64,000 nt of DNA from a virus. The notes beneath the pieces are model-generated. The model was not told where the DNA came from. It worked only from the letters and a program-made list of their open reading frames with translations, and made no database searches. The translations under genes were made by a program, and so were the position numbers. The stretch covers positions 1,002 to 65,001 of the IMG/VR virus record IMGVR_UViG_3300004097_000003, one strand, 5' to 3'. Of the stretch, positions 19,301-29,205 are shown in pieces; the first letter of the stretch is position 1, and each line of letters starts with the position of its first letter.

Positions 19301-22300
19301 ATGGAAAAGAACTTATTAGACGTATTTCTTGAGTACACTAGAGGTAATCCCCTTTGGGATGACTTTATAAATGCTCTTGATGAATTCAACCAAGAACAGA
19401 TACTATCTCCTATTAAAGAGCTTGAAAGTATACGTAACATTAATAGTAACACGGACCCTGTATTTATAGATAAAACCATTAGACAGCTAGGCTTAACTAT
19501 TAATAACCAACTGCTTAGTGCCAACCGTGAAAATATACATAAACTGTTCCACATGCTACCTCTGTATCATGAACTTTCTGGTACACCTAAGTTTCCTAGG
19601 TTTATAGAATTCTTACTAGGCAGGGGTTTTCGGGCAACACCTATGTATACGGTTGACTACCAAGATTTCTACGCAAAACCTAAAGGTAAGCTAGTTACAG
19701 AAGGAGGCCTATGGTACAGTACTTCTCATATTGAGCTTTCTGTTGATGCTCAAGGCATAGAAGACTCTTTCAGTTTACGTATTGAACGCCGCGATCTAGT
19801 CGGCTTACTTGAAGCAGGCTTTACTCAAGAACAAATAAATGAACTTCGAGGTGTGGCCTTAGATTCGAATATACATGATAGATTTATAGTTGAGCATATC
19901 ATCCATAATAGAATAATTGAACTCTATTATGAGTTTGCTCCTATAGAAGACGTAGTAAAGCATATAGCCTTAGCACTTCCTGTAAGTGGTCAGGTGTTTA
20001 TCGCAGGGTCAGTTACGATAAAGCCTAAAGAATATATAAAGTTAGACGAAAATGGAATTAAACGCCTAGAACTCATAGCGCCTTCAATAGTATATGGCCT
20101 TGAGGTATACAGCTTCAACATGAAGGTAGTATTGTCGGACGACAGCGAGGTAACACAGCCATGCCATTTGCTAAGCACTCTTCCTGAAGGCCTAGCATCG
20201 AACAACGGGTCTAATATAGTGTTCAATGACGTTATGACTCAGACCGAGGTTCAGGTTACTGTCCTTTATCAAGGTACTTCTTTCCATAAGACAGTCCAGT
20301 TAATTCCGTTAGGTGTTCCTGCGGTACCTGATTCAGTATTCATTAGCGGTAAACGTAGAGTACTTGAAGGATTGACTGCTCAATTCAAATTGTACGGTGA
20401 CTTCGGTTTTGAGCGTAAGCCTGTATTAGACCAAGATAACGTTGAGTGGTTAATAGATACAGATGATGCCTATTTCGAAGGAAGTATATTACACATTAGC
20501 GAAATATATGCAGAACAAAGTGCCGTAGTTACTGCCAATTACTTTGATTCTGATAATGTCCTACAGACGAATAGCATTAGCATAGATATAATTAACTCAG
20601 TTAAAGAAGTTAAGCCTATAGATTTAACTATTAATGTACCTACAGAAATGTTACAAGGTCAGAACTATACGATTACCGTTGACGCCAAGTACTCCGACGG
20701 AAGCGTTAAAGAAGTTAGTGCTCACTTAAAGGCAGTTAGTAACAAAGCCAAGTTTAATTTTGATGGTGTTGTATATTCACCTGTAGTATCGCGGGATTAT
20801 GATACCACATTCATTGCTGAATTCCAAGACAAAGGAGTGGCCCTGACGAAAGAGCAAAAAGTTACTTTCGTCTACCCTAAACTAGAAGTGTTTAAGCTTA
20901 CTGCCTTAGTTCCAGATTCAATCGAAGAAGGTACGCGACTGCCTCTAAGTTGTATAGCCCATTGGTGCAAAGCCAGTGATTTACCTTTAGTGCAATCTAA
21001 GATCAAAACAGAGCAACAAGTACAACTGTTTACTTCCGAAACGCAAGCTGCATGGAAACCTATAGGTATACATACCTTTGCAGCAGGAGCTGAGGGTTTT
21101 ACATCTGACACAGAGATAGTAGCAGTAGAGGACGTAACAATTGATGGAAATCTATTAATAGTTCCTCAAGTAGACCAGACAAGCGACTTGATTATTGAAG
21201 CGCGTATAACTACTGAATCAGGTTTGAATGTTACAACCACAAAGTACATTCAAATTAAACCTATCGAGAATCGTATTGAAAGCGTGAAGATCTCAATTAG
21301 ACAGAAACTATTTGAGGGTGAGAGCAACACCATGGCCATTGTAGCTAGCTGGTCGGACGACACTCAAACAGAACTTAAAATAGGTACGGAAGGTTCTTCG
21401 GTAGTCTCCGCTCAAGTATTGCATGAGGACGGGCTTGCACATCCTGAGCTTTATTTCGAGGATAACATTTTAAGATATACAGGTACGATTAGCGGTATTA
21501 GCACTGTAACTGTCTATGTTCAATATACTCACATTAATTTGGATGGGGAGGAAGAGATACAATCTATACAAGAAACCGCATTGGTGTCAGTTGTACCTAA
21601 GATTGTACTTACGGATAGCATTAGAGTATTTGCCCCTGAGTCTAGGACTCTGGAGGACGGAACTTGGGCTATACCTAATAGAAGTCGCATGTTTATAAGA
21701 ACAGAAGCCGAGTTTGAAGATGGTACTGTAGAAGATATAAAACCTGTTATTACTCCTTCGATGTTTATACCTTATAAAGAACAAGACGTACCTATAAATG
21801 TAGTTACGGGTGATTTTGCTCTCAGAGATATGGTTAACATTCTTACTAATAAGACCCCAGAGGAGATCTACGCAGAATTAGCCAAGAAGTATTTTGGGTA
21901 TTTCGACGTACAGTGGGTTCCAGAAGATAGAACTTTAATCTATATTGAAAATGATAAAGGTGAAGGGGTCAGTACAAGCATAGATAACATCACTGACTTT
22001 GGTCTCATTAGAAATCACCCAGACCTAATGTCCTACGTCGAATTCGAAGCCGTTAAAGAGATTACAGATTTTGACAGGCAGGTTACTAGGACATTAGTCC
22101 AAGCATCCAAAGTCAATGAAGAAACTGAAATAGAGTTGGCCTTTAGGTATTTCAAAGAGGAAATGGAACAAACAATCTTTATCCTAGAGCGAGAAACACA
22201 GGCACATAACTTAATACTAAGTAAACGTATCACAGGTCCTATGGAATTCTATGGCAACGTACCTGCGGTAAGCTATGCCTTATACGTAAACTTCGATGAC

Positions 22301-23989
22301 AGAGGTGAAGAGTACGGAGTGTCGAATGACTGGGAACTTACCATACTTAATAAGCGTGAGGTTATGATTGCGCTAGGTATGCACTTTGAGATAGAGGACT
22401 TTGAAGACAAGACCGACGAAACTCTTAATCAAATAATGCCTGATAGAAAGATTGTGGATATTGATGAAAATGGTTATGTATATCCTAAAGAAAACGTCGA
22501 TGCCTTACTTAATATTAAAGCTTTGTATGATGACGGTAAAACTTCTTTCGAGCGTGACCTAGATGTTCAAATGCGTAGAGCCAATACCTACTTAGAACGT
22601 CTATCTATAGTAGGCCCAAGTACTATAGAGGATATAGATGATGTTAATCTTGTCCTGGACGGAGCCATGAGTCACGTACCTTACAAATTACTCCTGTGGC
22701 GCGTAGGTGCCACAACGCCTGAGGAAGTAGTAGGCTTCTGGACTCTAGAGCAAAGTACCTCAAGTAGCGAGCAGGACTTACTAGGCATAAACGTGGGAGA
22801 GGGTGACGGTAAACTTTACATTAAAACTCAAGTAGAAAACCAGGATATATTCTTAGTAGCTTATTACGAAGAACAGTTTGATGATAGGCGCGAGTGGTTA
22901 GGTAAACGTAAGCGGATATTTATAAATGCTAATAGAGCAGTGAATAAGGTAAAGATAGATCCTGTTGGAGGCATAATTAACGATAATGGTATAATGCAGC
23001 TAAACGCTACTGTAACTCTAGAGGATGGGTCGCAAGTCCCATTGAGTCCTAACCAGGAGCAGACGTGGATAATAGTAGATAGTCCTGAGGGTCTTGAGAT
23101 TTCGGACAGCGGCCTTCTTACTATACCTAAACTTCACACCAATGCGGATGTTACTGTATCGGTAAATGTATTCAGTGGCAGTATATCAGTAGAGCACTCA
23201 ATTACCTTTCTTGTTACGGCACGTAATGCCTTACAAGGTTTACGTATAGCAGGATATAAAGATATACGTGACGATTCAGTTATTCAAACTCAGGCCGTTT
23301 TGTTTAGGTCCAGCGATACGATAATGGACTATACAGCCGGTGAATTGGAAGGTACTAATTTCTGTAATACTAAGGAGTGCGTAACTAACGATTGCCAATG
23401 GTCCATTAAAAGAGTCGATGGACTTAACACAGATAAAGTTAGCATTAACGAAGCTACAGGCTTACTGACTGTAGGAGCCTTTGATAAAGATTTCGGTCTC
23501 GAAATTACTGCTGAATATGCAGAGCCTGGGCAACCTACTGTTACACATAGTATAGTCATGGTAGTACATAGTTCCTTGCCTCGTTTCGGTATAGGTGATT
23601 ACGGAATTATCAATGAAGTTGAGATGAATACCCTTAGTAATAGAGTTAACAACCTTGATAAGGGAGGTAGCTTTAATATTAACGCGGAAGGTCCTACTGG
23701 AAGTACTAAGTATGGTTACTTTGCGCATAGAAAAGAGTTCGGTCGAGCAGTAGTTAAATCCATTAGTGAGTCTACAGACCATGGCTCTTGGGATGGGGCT
23801 AATTGGTCGATTGATGCGGCTGACTATGAGACGGAGACGGAACGACAGAATGCAATTACCAACTTTGGTACTGACCCTATAGAGATTGAAGTGTCTTATG
23901 ATAACTCGACTGATATTTGGTATCTATATCGTACTGAAAAGAATAATTTTGGTTTTGGTGAATTTGCCTACTACTATACAGTAGAATAG
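19301..23989 (+). CDS. large baseplate wedge/tail protein with tandem Ig-like repeats (1562 aa)
   Basis: N-terminus resembles gp7/P2 gpI-type wedge; repeated W-x-I..., I...G.L.V...V...T.V.I.A.Y modules; position after the gp6-like gene. Confidence 0.7.
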   Translation: MEKNLLDVFLEYTRGNPLWDDFINALDEFNQEQILSPIKELESIRNINSNTDPVFIDKTIRQLGLTINNQLLSANRENIHKLFHMLPLYHELSGTPKFPRFIEFLLGRGFRATPMYTVDYQDFYAKPKGKLVTEGGLWYSTSHIELSVDAQGIEDSFSLRIERRDLVGLLEAGFTQEQINELRGVALDSNIHDRFIVEHIIHNRIIELYYEFAPIEDVVKHIALALPVSGQVFIAGSVTIKPKEYIKLDENGIKRLELIAPSIVYGLEVYSFNMKVVLSDDSEVTQPCHLLSTLPEGLASNNGSNIVFNDVMTQTEVQVTVLYQGTSFHKTVQLIPLGVPAVPDSVFISGKRRVLEGLTAQFKLYGDFGFERKPVLDQDNVEWLIDTDDAYFEGSILHISEIYAEQSAVVTANYFDSDNVLQTNSISIDIINSVKEVKPIDLTINVPTEMLQGQNYTITVDAKYSDGSVKEVSAHLKAVSNKAKFNFDGVVYSPVVSRDYDTTFIAEFQDKGVALTKEQKVTFVYPKLEVFKLTALVPDSIEEGTRLPLSCIAHWCKASDLPLVQSKIKTEQQVQLFTSETQAAWKPIGIHTFAAGAEGFTSDTEIVAVEDVTIDGNLLIVPQVDQTSDLIIEARITTESGLNVTTTKYIQIKPIENRIESVKISIRQKLFEGESNTMAIVASWSDDTQTELKIGTEGSSVVSAQVLHEDGLAHPELYFEDNILRYTGTISGISTVTVYVQYTHINLDGEEEIQSIQETALVSVVPKIVLTDSIRVFAPESRTLEDGTWAIPNRSRMFIRTEAEFEDGTVEDIKPVITPSMFIPYKEQDVPINVVTGDFALRDMVNILTNKTPEEIYAELAKKYFGYFDVQWVPEDRTLIYIENDKGEGVSTSIDNITDFGLIRNHPDLMSYVEFEAVKEITDFDRQVTRTLVQASKVNEETEIELAFRYFKEEMEQTIFILERETQAHNLILSKRITGPMEFYGNVPAVSYALYVNFDDRGEEYGVSNDWELTILNKREVMIALGMHFEIEDFEDKTDETLNQIMPDRKIVDIDENGYVYPKENVDALLNIKALYDDGKTSFERDLDVQMRRANTYLERLSIVGPSTIEDIDDVNLVLDGAMSHVPYKLLLWRVGATTPEEVVGFWTLEQSTSSSEQDLLGINVGEGDGKLYIKTQVENQDIFLVAYYEEQFDDRREWLGKRKRIFINANRAVNKVKIDPVGGIINDNGIMQLNATVTLEDGSQVPLSPNQEQTWIIVDSPEGLEISDSGLLTIPKLHTNADVTVSVNVFSGSISVEHSITFLVTARNALQGLRIAGYKDIRDDSVIQTQAVLFRSSDTIMDYTAGELEGTNFCNTKECVTNDCQWSIKRVDGLNTDKVSINEATGLLTVGAFDKDFGLEITAEYAEPGQPTVTHSIVMVVHSSLPRFGIGDYGIINEVEMNTLSNRVNNLDKGGSFNINAEGPTGSTKYGYFAHRKEFGRAVVKSISESTDHGSWDGANWSIDAADYETETERQNAITNFGTDPIEIEVSYDNSTDIWYLYRTEKNNFGFGEFAYYYTVE

Positions 23990-23998
23990 CAGTAATTT

Positions 23999-24006
23999 AA
24001 ACTAAA
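23999..24006 (+). promoter_or_regulatory. candidate late-gene upstream motif AAACTAAA
   Basis: Same 8-mer in short intergenic gaps at 23999, 40506 and 43944. Confidence 0.3.
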
Positions 24007-24029
24007 GAAACAATTAAGGAAACTTTGAT

Positions 24030-26384
24030 ATGCCTGATATTATTAGCCTCGCAGATAAGCTGCGAATGACTACAGCAGGTAAGCAGTCTGCACTTAACGC
24101 TGACCAAGGTGGAGTTTGGGTAGTACCTAAGTCTTTCGCTGTTGGTACCTTTACTGGAAGTGTTCCAAGTACCGTGCCTGATGATCTGCTTACAAGTCCC
24201 CTATATGGGGGCAATATACATTACGCTGAGGTAGTCAGTGAGCAATCCGTCCGTTTCACATTTGATATACCTACATCTGTAGGCACGGAAGCAGGGATAC
24301 CAATCGGTGAGGTAGTTATATATCTAGATGATGGCACAGCATTCGCACACGCAGTACTAGCGGAACCTTACGTAAAGCGTAAGGGAATAGGTGTTCGCAT
24401 AGAAGCTATGCTGCATATATTAGAAGCACCTGCCGCAGTTATTAATGTTACATTAAGCGAATTAGGAAGTATTCCTAGCGTTGCCAATGTGGAAGCATTA
24501 CCTAGCCCTGTAACATCACTATCAAATGCTATTAGCGTCCTAGACTTAGTACAGAATGTAGATGGTTCTACTAGCCCGGGCGTTGTATGTAAGTATGGTA
24601 ACGGAGGCCAACATTGGGGCTTCTATGGATATAGCCGTATATTCAGTGAGGCTTTAGGTATAGGTAATGCAGTATCTCCTGCTGAACTTAATCAGTCAAC
24701 TGCTATAACTGAATTTGAATTACAAAATGGTGACGAGTTTATTATCCAAGTAATATCGGGTAATGGTGCAGGCGAAACCCGACTATTCAAACTGAATGGA
24801 AGTGACGAAAACGCCAGCTTCGTAGCAGTAGGTTCCGCATTTACGGCCTTGAGTGATAATTCAGTTGTTAGTATATGGGCTCCAATTGGAGCTAGTGGTT
24901 CATCAGGATGTGCTTGGCCCCCACAAGCCGACGGAGTACCTACAGACTGGGTACTTACTAAGGGTGAAGATAGTTGTCCTGTATGGTCGCCTCCTTATAA
25001 AAACAAAGCACAATCAATTACCCTGTACCGGGAGCCTAGCAAGTTAGAGCTAAAGCCTTTTAATACCATGGCTACTTCTGACCGTATGACTTATGATATA
25101 GGAGATGTGTTCCCCGAGAACAATAACTTTGCCTTAGTTAATACTCAGGGTATAAATCAACATCGTAATGCTTTTGATGTAGTTGAAAACCGTATTGAGT
25201 TTAGTCAACGCCTAGTTAACCAGATCATTCTTGACATACGTACGTTCACAAGAGCACCAAGCTCAGGTACTAAGTTAATATGGCATACTGGTGAGCATAC
25301 TGGTAATGGTAGTACTCAAGAGTTTGATATGCCTAGCTATATCGACAGTCCTGAGTTAGCAATTATTACCGTCGACCATGCGCAGCAAGCCCTTACCTCC
25401 TATACTTTAGATAAAGATAGAAGTAAGATTATCTTTACCGAAGCGCCACCTGCAGGTTCTGTTATTCAGATTAGAACAGTTGAGTATATACAGGAGGAAG
25501 GCTTTAGTACTGATATCGTTAGTGTGTCTATGAAGACTTCTGATCTTACAAACGTAATACTTCTTCCTATATCACCTGAGTCTAAAGACCAAGTATTCGT
25601 CAGTGAGCAGGGCTTCTGGGTACACGCCTCTAGTTATGAAGTAGTAGACAATCGTGTTATCTTCAATGGTTCAATTGAGCCAGAGACAAGCATGGAAGTT
25701 TTAGTATTCCAGAATATACGTGCCGAAGGTGTTGCTAGTGCTGACGTTAAAGGAATGGTAGTAGGTGCTGTAGCTACGGCTAAAGGTATTGAATTAATAC
25801 GACATAATGCACCTAGTATAAAGTTACCTGCACCTGAATTCACTATCAAATCAGGCAGTGGTACCCGTGTGACAGGTCAGTACCCTGAATTCCTTATTGA
25901 AAGTACATTGGCTGAACAGATAGCAAAAGATAGCTTCAATAGTTTTAACGTCCAAGCTAAAGAAGAAGATGCCGAGCAAATTCTTATTACACAACGTATT
26001 GAATTTAAAGGGGATATAATAGTACAAGCTAACGCGGACTTAATGGCTGAGCTTGGACCTGGTTTCATATCAGAAAGCGGATATGAGCGTGGTCAATTCG
26101 TACTAGGTGTAAGAACTACAGGTACAGTAGAGCCTGAGTATGGCCGCGGTATTAAAGGTACTGGTGAGTTTGGCATTAAAGCTGTTAGTGAGACACAAGC
26201 ACAAGCATCAGGCTATGGTAATGCCAGTGTTACGCAATCGTGGAACATAATTAAAGCCAATCATCCTGCAGGCTATATAGACATTGTTGCTAAGATGCGT
26301 ATATCTGACGCAAACATCAGTAAGTACGGAAGTAAACTTACAGCACTTTTAAACATAGTAGTGCTTCCTCAATTAGGTTCTTAG
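24030..26384 (+). CDS. tail fibre attachment / proximal tail fibre protein (784 aa)
   Basis: P2 gpH-like N-terminus (TTAGK, GEVVIYLDDGTAFAHA); three internal repeats ending Y/F-x-V/L...R/K-I/V-x-F. Confidence 0.65.
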   Translation: MPDIISLADKLRMTTAGKQSALNADQGGVWVVPKSFAVGTFTGSVPSTVPDDLLTSPLYGGNIHYAEVVSEQSVRFTFDIPTSVGTEAGIPIGEVVIYLDDGTAFAHAVLAEPYVKRKGIGVRIEAMLHILEAPAAVINVTLSELGSIPSVANVEALPSPVTSLSNAISVLDLVQNVDGSTSPGVVCKYGNGGQHWGFYGYSRIFSEALGIGNAVSPAELNQSTAITEFELQNGDEFIIQVISGNGAGETRLFKLNGSDENASFVAVGSAFTALSDNSVVSIWAPIGASGSSGCAWPPQADGVPTDWVLTKGEDSCPVWSPPYKNKAQSITLYREPSKLELKPFNTMATSDRMTYDIGDVFPENNNFALVNTQGINQHRNAFDVVENRIEFSQRLVNQIILDIRTFTRAPSSGTKLIWHTGEHTGNGSTQEFDMPSYIDSPELAIITVDHAQQALTSYTLDKDRSKIIFTEAPPAGSVIQIRTVEYIQEEGFSTDIVSVSMKTSDLTNVILLPISPESKDQVFVSEQGFWVHASSYEVVDNRVIFNGSIEPETSMEVLVFQNIRAEGVASADVKGMVVGAVATAKGIELIRHNAPSIKLPAPEFTIKSGSGTRVTGQYPEFLIESTLAEQIAKDSFNSFNVQAKEEDAEQILITQRIEFKGDIIVQANADLMAELGPGFISESGYERGQFVLGVRTTGTVEPEYGRGIKGTGEFGIKAVSETQAQASGYGNASVTQSWNIIKANHPAGYIDIVAKMRISDANISKYGSKLTALLNIVVLPQLGS

Positions 26385-26385
26385 T

Positions 26386-28554
26386 ATGATTAATGAAATT
26401 CGTTTAAGGACGTTTACTTCGCAGGTTGGAGAGGATAATGAAGTTCTCTCCAGAGACCCGAAGCAGAACGCTATAGAATACGAAGGAGATACAGGTCCCA
26501 ATACTAGATTAGTTGAGGATGTCGCCTTCAATAAAAAACTAGGTGTACTAACATTCATTAGAAACAACGGTGAAGTCATTGAAGCAAGCGGGTTCTTAAC
26601 AGAGGATCAGATAGGGCACGGCCCTAAAGGTAAGGTAGGTAGAATAGGTAAAGCAGGTCGTGATGGTGAAGAAGGCCGACTAGGTAAAGAAGGACCTGCT
26701 GGATGTGAAGGTGCGCAAGGTAATGCGGGCGATAAAGGGATGTCAGGTAGAGATGGTGAGGATGGTCCTGTAGGTATAGCAGGTACTTCTGGATGTGAAG
26801 GAGATGTAGGCCCTGAGGGTGACGAAGGGGATAAAGGTCCTAAAGGATTCCAAGGATCGATGGGTAAAGACGGGTTAGACTGTATCATAGGCTGTCCTGG
26901 ACCTAAAGGGGAACAAGGTTTAGGTACTTTTGTAGTACAAAAGGAAACACCTACTGAGGAGCACGTATACTTATGGGGCGTTCCTTTTGAGAGCGTTTTA
27001 CCTGAGTTACCCAAAAAGCCTGATGATATGTCAGCTTCAATCAATTCTATAGTAGTTACTATGACTAAGGATAGAGGTACTACTTATACTGCTTCAGGCT
27101 CTTTAATAGTGAGCGACTTTAAAGGTGGTGTAGGACCTTTCTCTATCATTTGGACAGGTGACTATAAAGCTAAGTTAGGTATAACTAAGGATAGTATAAG
27201 TAACGACAGCCTAAGATTATCACTTGATGCCTCCGCTGAAATAGAACCAGGTGAGGTTGCTGAGATTGCTGGCGATGCCGTTGTTACCATAACGGATACG
27301 TCAAATGGTAAACAGCTAGTTTTACCTACTACGTATGAATTTAAAGGGAGCAACAGTACGGTAGTTGCTCCTCCCATATACGGTAACGTACGTGATGCAG
27401 CCGTTGTTGAAGGTGATGACTTAAAGTTCTTAGTAACTACTACGAGTCCTTTACTCTCATCAGTACGAATCACATATACGCTAAAGTCAGGAACAGCAGG
27501 AACCTCCGACTACAAGGATTTGGGTCAAGGTTACATGGACTTAAGCATAGGCGTGGACCAGTTCTACGTTAATGTAGAAGCAATACGCGATTCTATACCT
27601 AACGAAGATGTGGAAACAATGTCGGTTACTGTTAGTATTCCTGGCGTATCTGAATTAAATGCAGGTGATATGACAGCAATAGGTACTATTACTGAGGCTG
27701 ATAGCCATATAGTACCTATTGTCCTAGGGCCTGCAGTGGTGACGGAGGGAAGTACTGCAAAAATAACCATCAGGCTAGGTGGTTCTTACATAGAAGGTGT
27801 CACCGGCGGCTACGCAGTTAAGTATAGAACATTATCGGATACAGCGGGTACGTCGGACTACGTAGCTCGGTCTGGGACTCTAACTTTCACCTATAGTTGG
27901 GAAGAGAAAGTCATTGAAATAGCAACAATAGATGATTCTATTGTTGAAGCCACTGAGCAGTTTTATTTTGAGTTGTACGATGCAGGTGCACATCTTGACT
28001 TAGGTGGAGATACTAAAAAAGTTACGGTTACAGTTAATGACAATGACGAAACTTATAGGGGTTCTACCGGCGGTGGGTGTATAGGATGGGGTGCGAAAGT
28101 TGAAACGCCTGAAGGTACTACATCTATAGAGACTGTATTGATAGGTGATACTATCCTAGGATACGCTGAGCCTAGTATGTCAACAAGTGCTAATTCAAAC
28201 GATCCAGAAGTATTAAACTGGCACGCCCTTGAGTTAAGAGGCAAACGTGCTTGGGTTATGGTTACAAATGCTAGGCATGATACATACCCTCAATACAAAG
28301 TTATCAACGATCTTAACTTAACTTTCGATCATCCTGTCATGACTAAGCGTGATGGCGTATGGCAGTGGCTACCTGCCCTGCAAGTTATAGTTAGTGATAT
28401 TGTCCTAGGCACTGATAGTCAAGAAGTCCCAGTTACAATAGCTACAGAAGTATACAAAGAACTTAAAGTAGTAGAGCTTGACGTTGAGCCTCACGATGTC
28501 TATTATGTTAACGACATACTAGTCCACAATGTGAATAAAATTGTACATAAGTAA
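26386..28554 (+). CDS. collagen-like fibre with two Calx-beta domains and C-terminal Hint autoprocessing domain (722 aa)
   Basis: 29+ Gly-X-Y triplets from 26620; Calx-beta x2 (about 27379-28047); Hint: GGG|C565, T646-F-D-H649, ILVH-N715. Confidence 0.85.
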   Translation: MINEIRLRTFTSQVGEDNEVLSRDPKQNAIEYEGDTGPNTRLVEDVAFNKKLGVLTFIRNNGEVIEASGFLTEDQIGHGPKGKVGRIGKAGRDGEEGRLGKEGPAGCEGAQGNAGDKGMSGRDGEDGPVGIAGTSGCEGDVGPEGDEGDKGPKGFQGSMGKDGLDCIIGCPGPKGEQGLGTFVVQKETPTEEHVYLWGVPFESVLPELPKKPDDMSASINSIVVTMTKDRGTTYTASGSLIVSDFKGGVGPFSIIWTGDYKAKLGITKDSISNDSLRLSLDASAEIEPGEVAEIAGDAVVTITDTSNGKQLVLPTTYEFKGSNSTVVAPPIYGNVRDAAVVEGDDLKFLVTTTSPLLSSVRITYTLKSGTAGTSDYKDLGQGYMDLSIGVDQFYVNVEAIRDSIPNEDVETMSVTVSIPGVSELNAGDMTAIGTITEADSHIVPIVLGPAVVTEGSTAKITIRLGGSYIEGVTGGYAVKYRTLSDTAGTSDYVARSGTLTFTYSWEEKVIEIATIDDSIVEATEQFYFELYDAGAHLDLGGDTKKVTVTVNDNDETYRGSTGGGCIGWGAKVETPEGTTSIETVLIGDTILGYAEPSMSTSANSNDPEVLNWHALELRGKRAWVMVTNARHDTYPQYKVINDLNLTFDHPVMTKRDGVWQWLPALQVIVSDIVLGTDSQEVPVTIATEVYKELKVVELDVEPHDVYYVNDILVHNVNKIVHK

Positions 28555-28564
28555 GGAGAATTAA

Positions 28565-29197
28565 ATGTTAACTAGACCTCCTATGGAATCAGTTAATGCT
28601 AACGGTACTGCCAGTCAGACTGACGTTATAGTTAAAGACGGGAAGTTAGCTGCGGGTAACAAAGAAGATAGTCAAACCGCTGAGGTACAAGATATATTCT
28701 TCGATTCTACTGTCGGTATTCTCGTCATAGAGTTTACTAATGGTGAGACTAAGCGTGTATCTGGGTTCCCTACGTTCGGAACTATACCGGATGGTCCTGC
28801 AGGTCCTACAGGCGACCCTGGTGAAGACGGAAAAGAGGGACGTGACGGACGTGACGGTGAAACAGGAGCACCTGGATGCTTCGGGCCTATTGGACCTAAA
28901 GGAGTAGAGGGTGATCCCGGACGCAATGGCGAAGATGGAGCACCCGGAGCACCTGGACCTAAAGGCTGTCCTGGTCCAGCAGGTAATAAGGGACCTAAAG
29001 GGGAACCTGGAGATGTGGGGGAACCTGGAGTACAAGGACCTCCAGGTGATACAGGTCCTCAAGGCCCTGAGGGTGAGCGTGGTCCAGCAGGTAAAATCAA
29101 CTATATCATAAGTACATCAGACCCAGGAACTAGCGCAGGTGCTGGCAGTATATGGATTAATCCTAACATTACAGAAACCAGCCCGGCTTGGCCGTAG
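28565..29197 (+). CDS. collagen-like fibre protein (210 aa)
   Basis: About 34 uninterrupted Gly-X-Y triplets from 28793; AAGGAG RBS. Confidence 0.9.
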   Translation: MLTRPPMESVNANGTASQTDVIVKDGKLAAGNKEDSQTAEVQDIFFDSTVGILVIEFTNGETKRVSGFPTFGTIPDGPAGPTGDPGEDGKEGRDGRDGETGAPGCFGPIGPKGVEGDPGRNGEDGAPGAPGPKGCPGPAGNKGPKGEPGDVGEPGVQGPPGDTGPQGPEGERGPAGKINYIISTSDPGTSAGAGSIWINPNITETSPAWP

Positions 29198-29205
29198 GAG
29201 TTAGT

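Noticed and set aside
28078-28530. Canonical splicing intein or homing element
   Set aside because: +1 residue is Val, the C-extein is only 7 aa and there is no endonuclease domain, so it was treated as an autoprocessing Hint instead.
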